Sequence record: JPID01000002.1
Direction: 5' to 3' (one strand)
Length of the DNA: 32,000 nucleotides
The notes beneath the pieces were generated by a model, which was given only the letters and a program-made list of their open reading frames with translations, made no database searches and was not told where the DNA came from. Shown here piece by piece: positions 31,435-32,000 of the stretch. Both the position numbers and the translations under genes were made by a program. Positions within the stretch are counted from its first letter, which is position 1; the number at the start of each line of letters is the position of its first letter.

Positions 31435-31476
31435 TTTGTTATGTTTAGTATATCATACTAAACATAACAAAATCAA
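31435..31476 (-). promoter_or_regulatory. 17-bp palindrome overlapping a candidate psbA promoter (TTGATT-N18 including TGa-TATACT)
   Basis: The arms are at 31435-31451 and 31455-31471, with a 3-nt loop. On the minus strand, TTGATT is at 31476-31471, TGA at 31455-31453 and TATACT at 31452-31447. The -10 box ends 75 nt upstream of the psbA ATG. The palindrome could instead be the 3' stem-loop of the upstream ORF. Confidence 0.45.
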
Positions 31477-31498
31477 TAAAAATAAAAAAGTTACTAAG

Positions 31499-32000
31499 TT
31501 ACTTAATTTTTAAATTTAAATTTGCTGTTCCAGGCCAAATAAATCCACCGCGTTTTGGTGCTAAATAATCAAATATATTTTCATATGTTTTTCCAATTGC
31601 AGAAGCACTACGACGTTGAATAGTTTCCCAATTTAATGGTAACGTTGATAATGTTTCAAAAGCAGGATCATTTGTTCCTTGGAATTCTGATTCTGTAACA
31701 TATAATGTTGAAAACGGTATATCTGATTTAGATTTTCCTTTATTTATAATTTCTTGTGTTAATGGCCAAGTTGTAAATTTAATTTTTGTTAATTGAGTTT
31801 GGTTTTTATTGAAATTTAAAAAATTATTTTTAACTTCAGTTGGAATTGTTACTGTTGTTGAGTTTGATTTAGGTAATAATTTATTTGTAATTACAAATTT
31901 TCGCATTGTTTCATCCCAACCAGCATATAAAGGTGAAATTACTAAATTTGATGAAGTATTCTTTACAGTCGTTGGTAGTTCTTCATGTACTACAGAATAA
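31499..32000 (-). CDS. C-terminal 167 codons of an unidentified plastid ORF (5' end off-window)
   Basis: The minus-strand frame is open from the window edge to the TAA at 31499: ...YSVVHEELPTTVKNTSSNLVISPLYAGWDETMRKFVITNKLLPKSNSTTV...NWETIQRRSASAIGKTYENIFDYLAPKRGGFIWPGTANLNLKIK. The track's ATG at 31906 is internal. An open frame of 167 codons is very unlikely by chance in roughly 70% AT DNA. I do not recognise the family. Confidence 0.7.
   Translation of the reverse strand, partial: YSVVHEELPTTVKNTSSNLVISPLYAGWDETMRKFVITNKLLPKSNSTTVTIPTEVKNNFLNFNKNQTQLTKIKFTTWPLTQEIINKGKSKSDIPFSTLYVTESEFQGTNDPAFETLSTLPLNWETIQRRSASAIGKTYENIFDYLAPKRGGFIWPGTANLNLKIK

Overview
This window is a gene-dense, AT-rich segment of a plastid (chloroplast) genome of the green lineage. 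The gene content points to a chlorophyte-type green alga: tufA, chlI, rpl19, rpl12, rps9, infA and ycf4-cemA are present. rps12, rpl2, atpF, ycf3 and the visible part of clpP (its 3' end is off-window) lack introns, trnL(UAA) carries a group I intron, and rpl22 is missing between rps19 and rps3. I cannot name the species from sequence alone.

I can support 46 protein-coding genes (clpP and an unidentified ORF are cut by the window edges) and 15 tRNA genes. The protein genes fall into these groups:
- psbB-psbT-(psbN)-psbH
- rps12-rps7-tufA-rpl19-ycf4-cemA
- the S10/spc/alpha ribosomal cluster, rpl23 through rpoA-rps9-rpl12
- petA-petL-petG
- psbD/psbC, which overlap
- rps2-atpI-atpH-atpF-atpA
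- rbcL and psbA
- small genes missing from the ORF track: psbT, psbN, psbM, psaJ, rpl36, petL, petG and psbI

About 20 long perfect hairpins follow gene 3' ends, and several sigma70-type (PEP) promoter candidates lie upstream of genes. There is no rRNA, CRISPR array, transposon or IS element, or phage or defence gene, and I see no evidence of a new multi-gene system.

The most unusual observations are:
- a CAU-anticodon tRNA with a trnI(CAU)-like acceptor stem and a class-II-like long variable arm made by a perfect 10-nt palindrome
- two 100% identical, inverted copies of trnG(GCC) 23.6 kb apart
- an rpoA that ends right after the alpha N-terminal domain, with no CTD
- a shared TATGnTATACTA extended -10 motif upstream of four PSII genes, embedded in a 17-bp palindrome at psbA
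- a 13-nt tandem repeat upstream of psbD
- an unidentified ORF running off the 3' end of the window

All calls come from reading the sequence and from remembered family signatures. No search tools were run.
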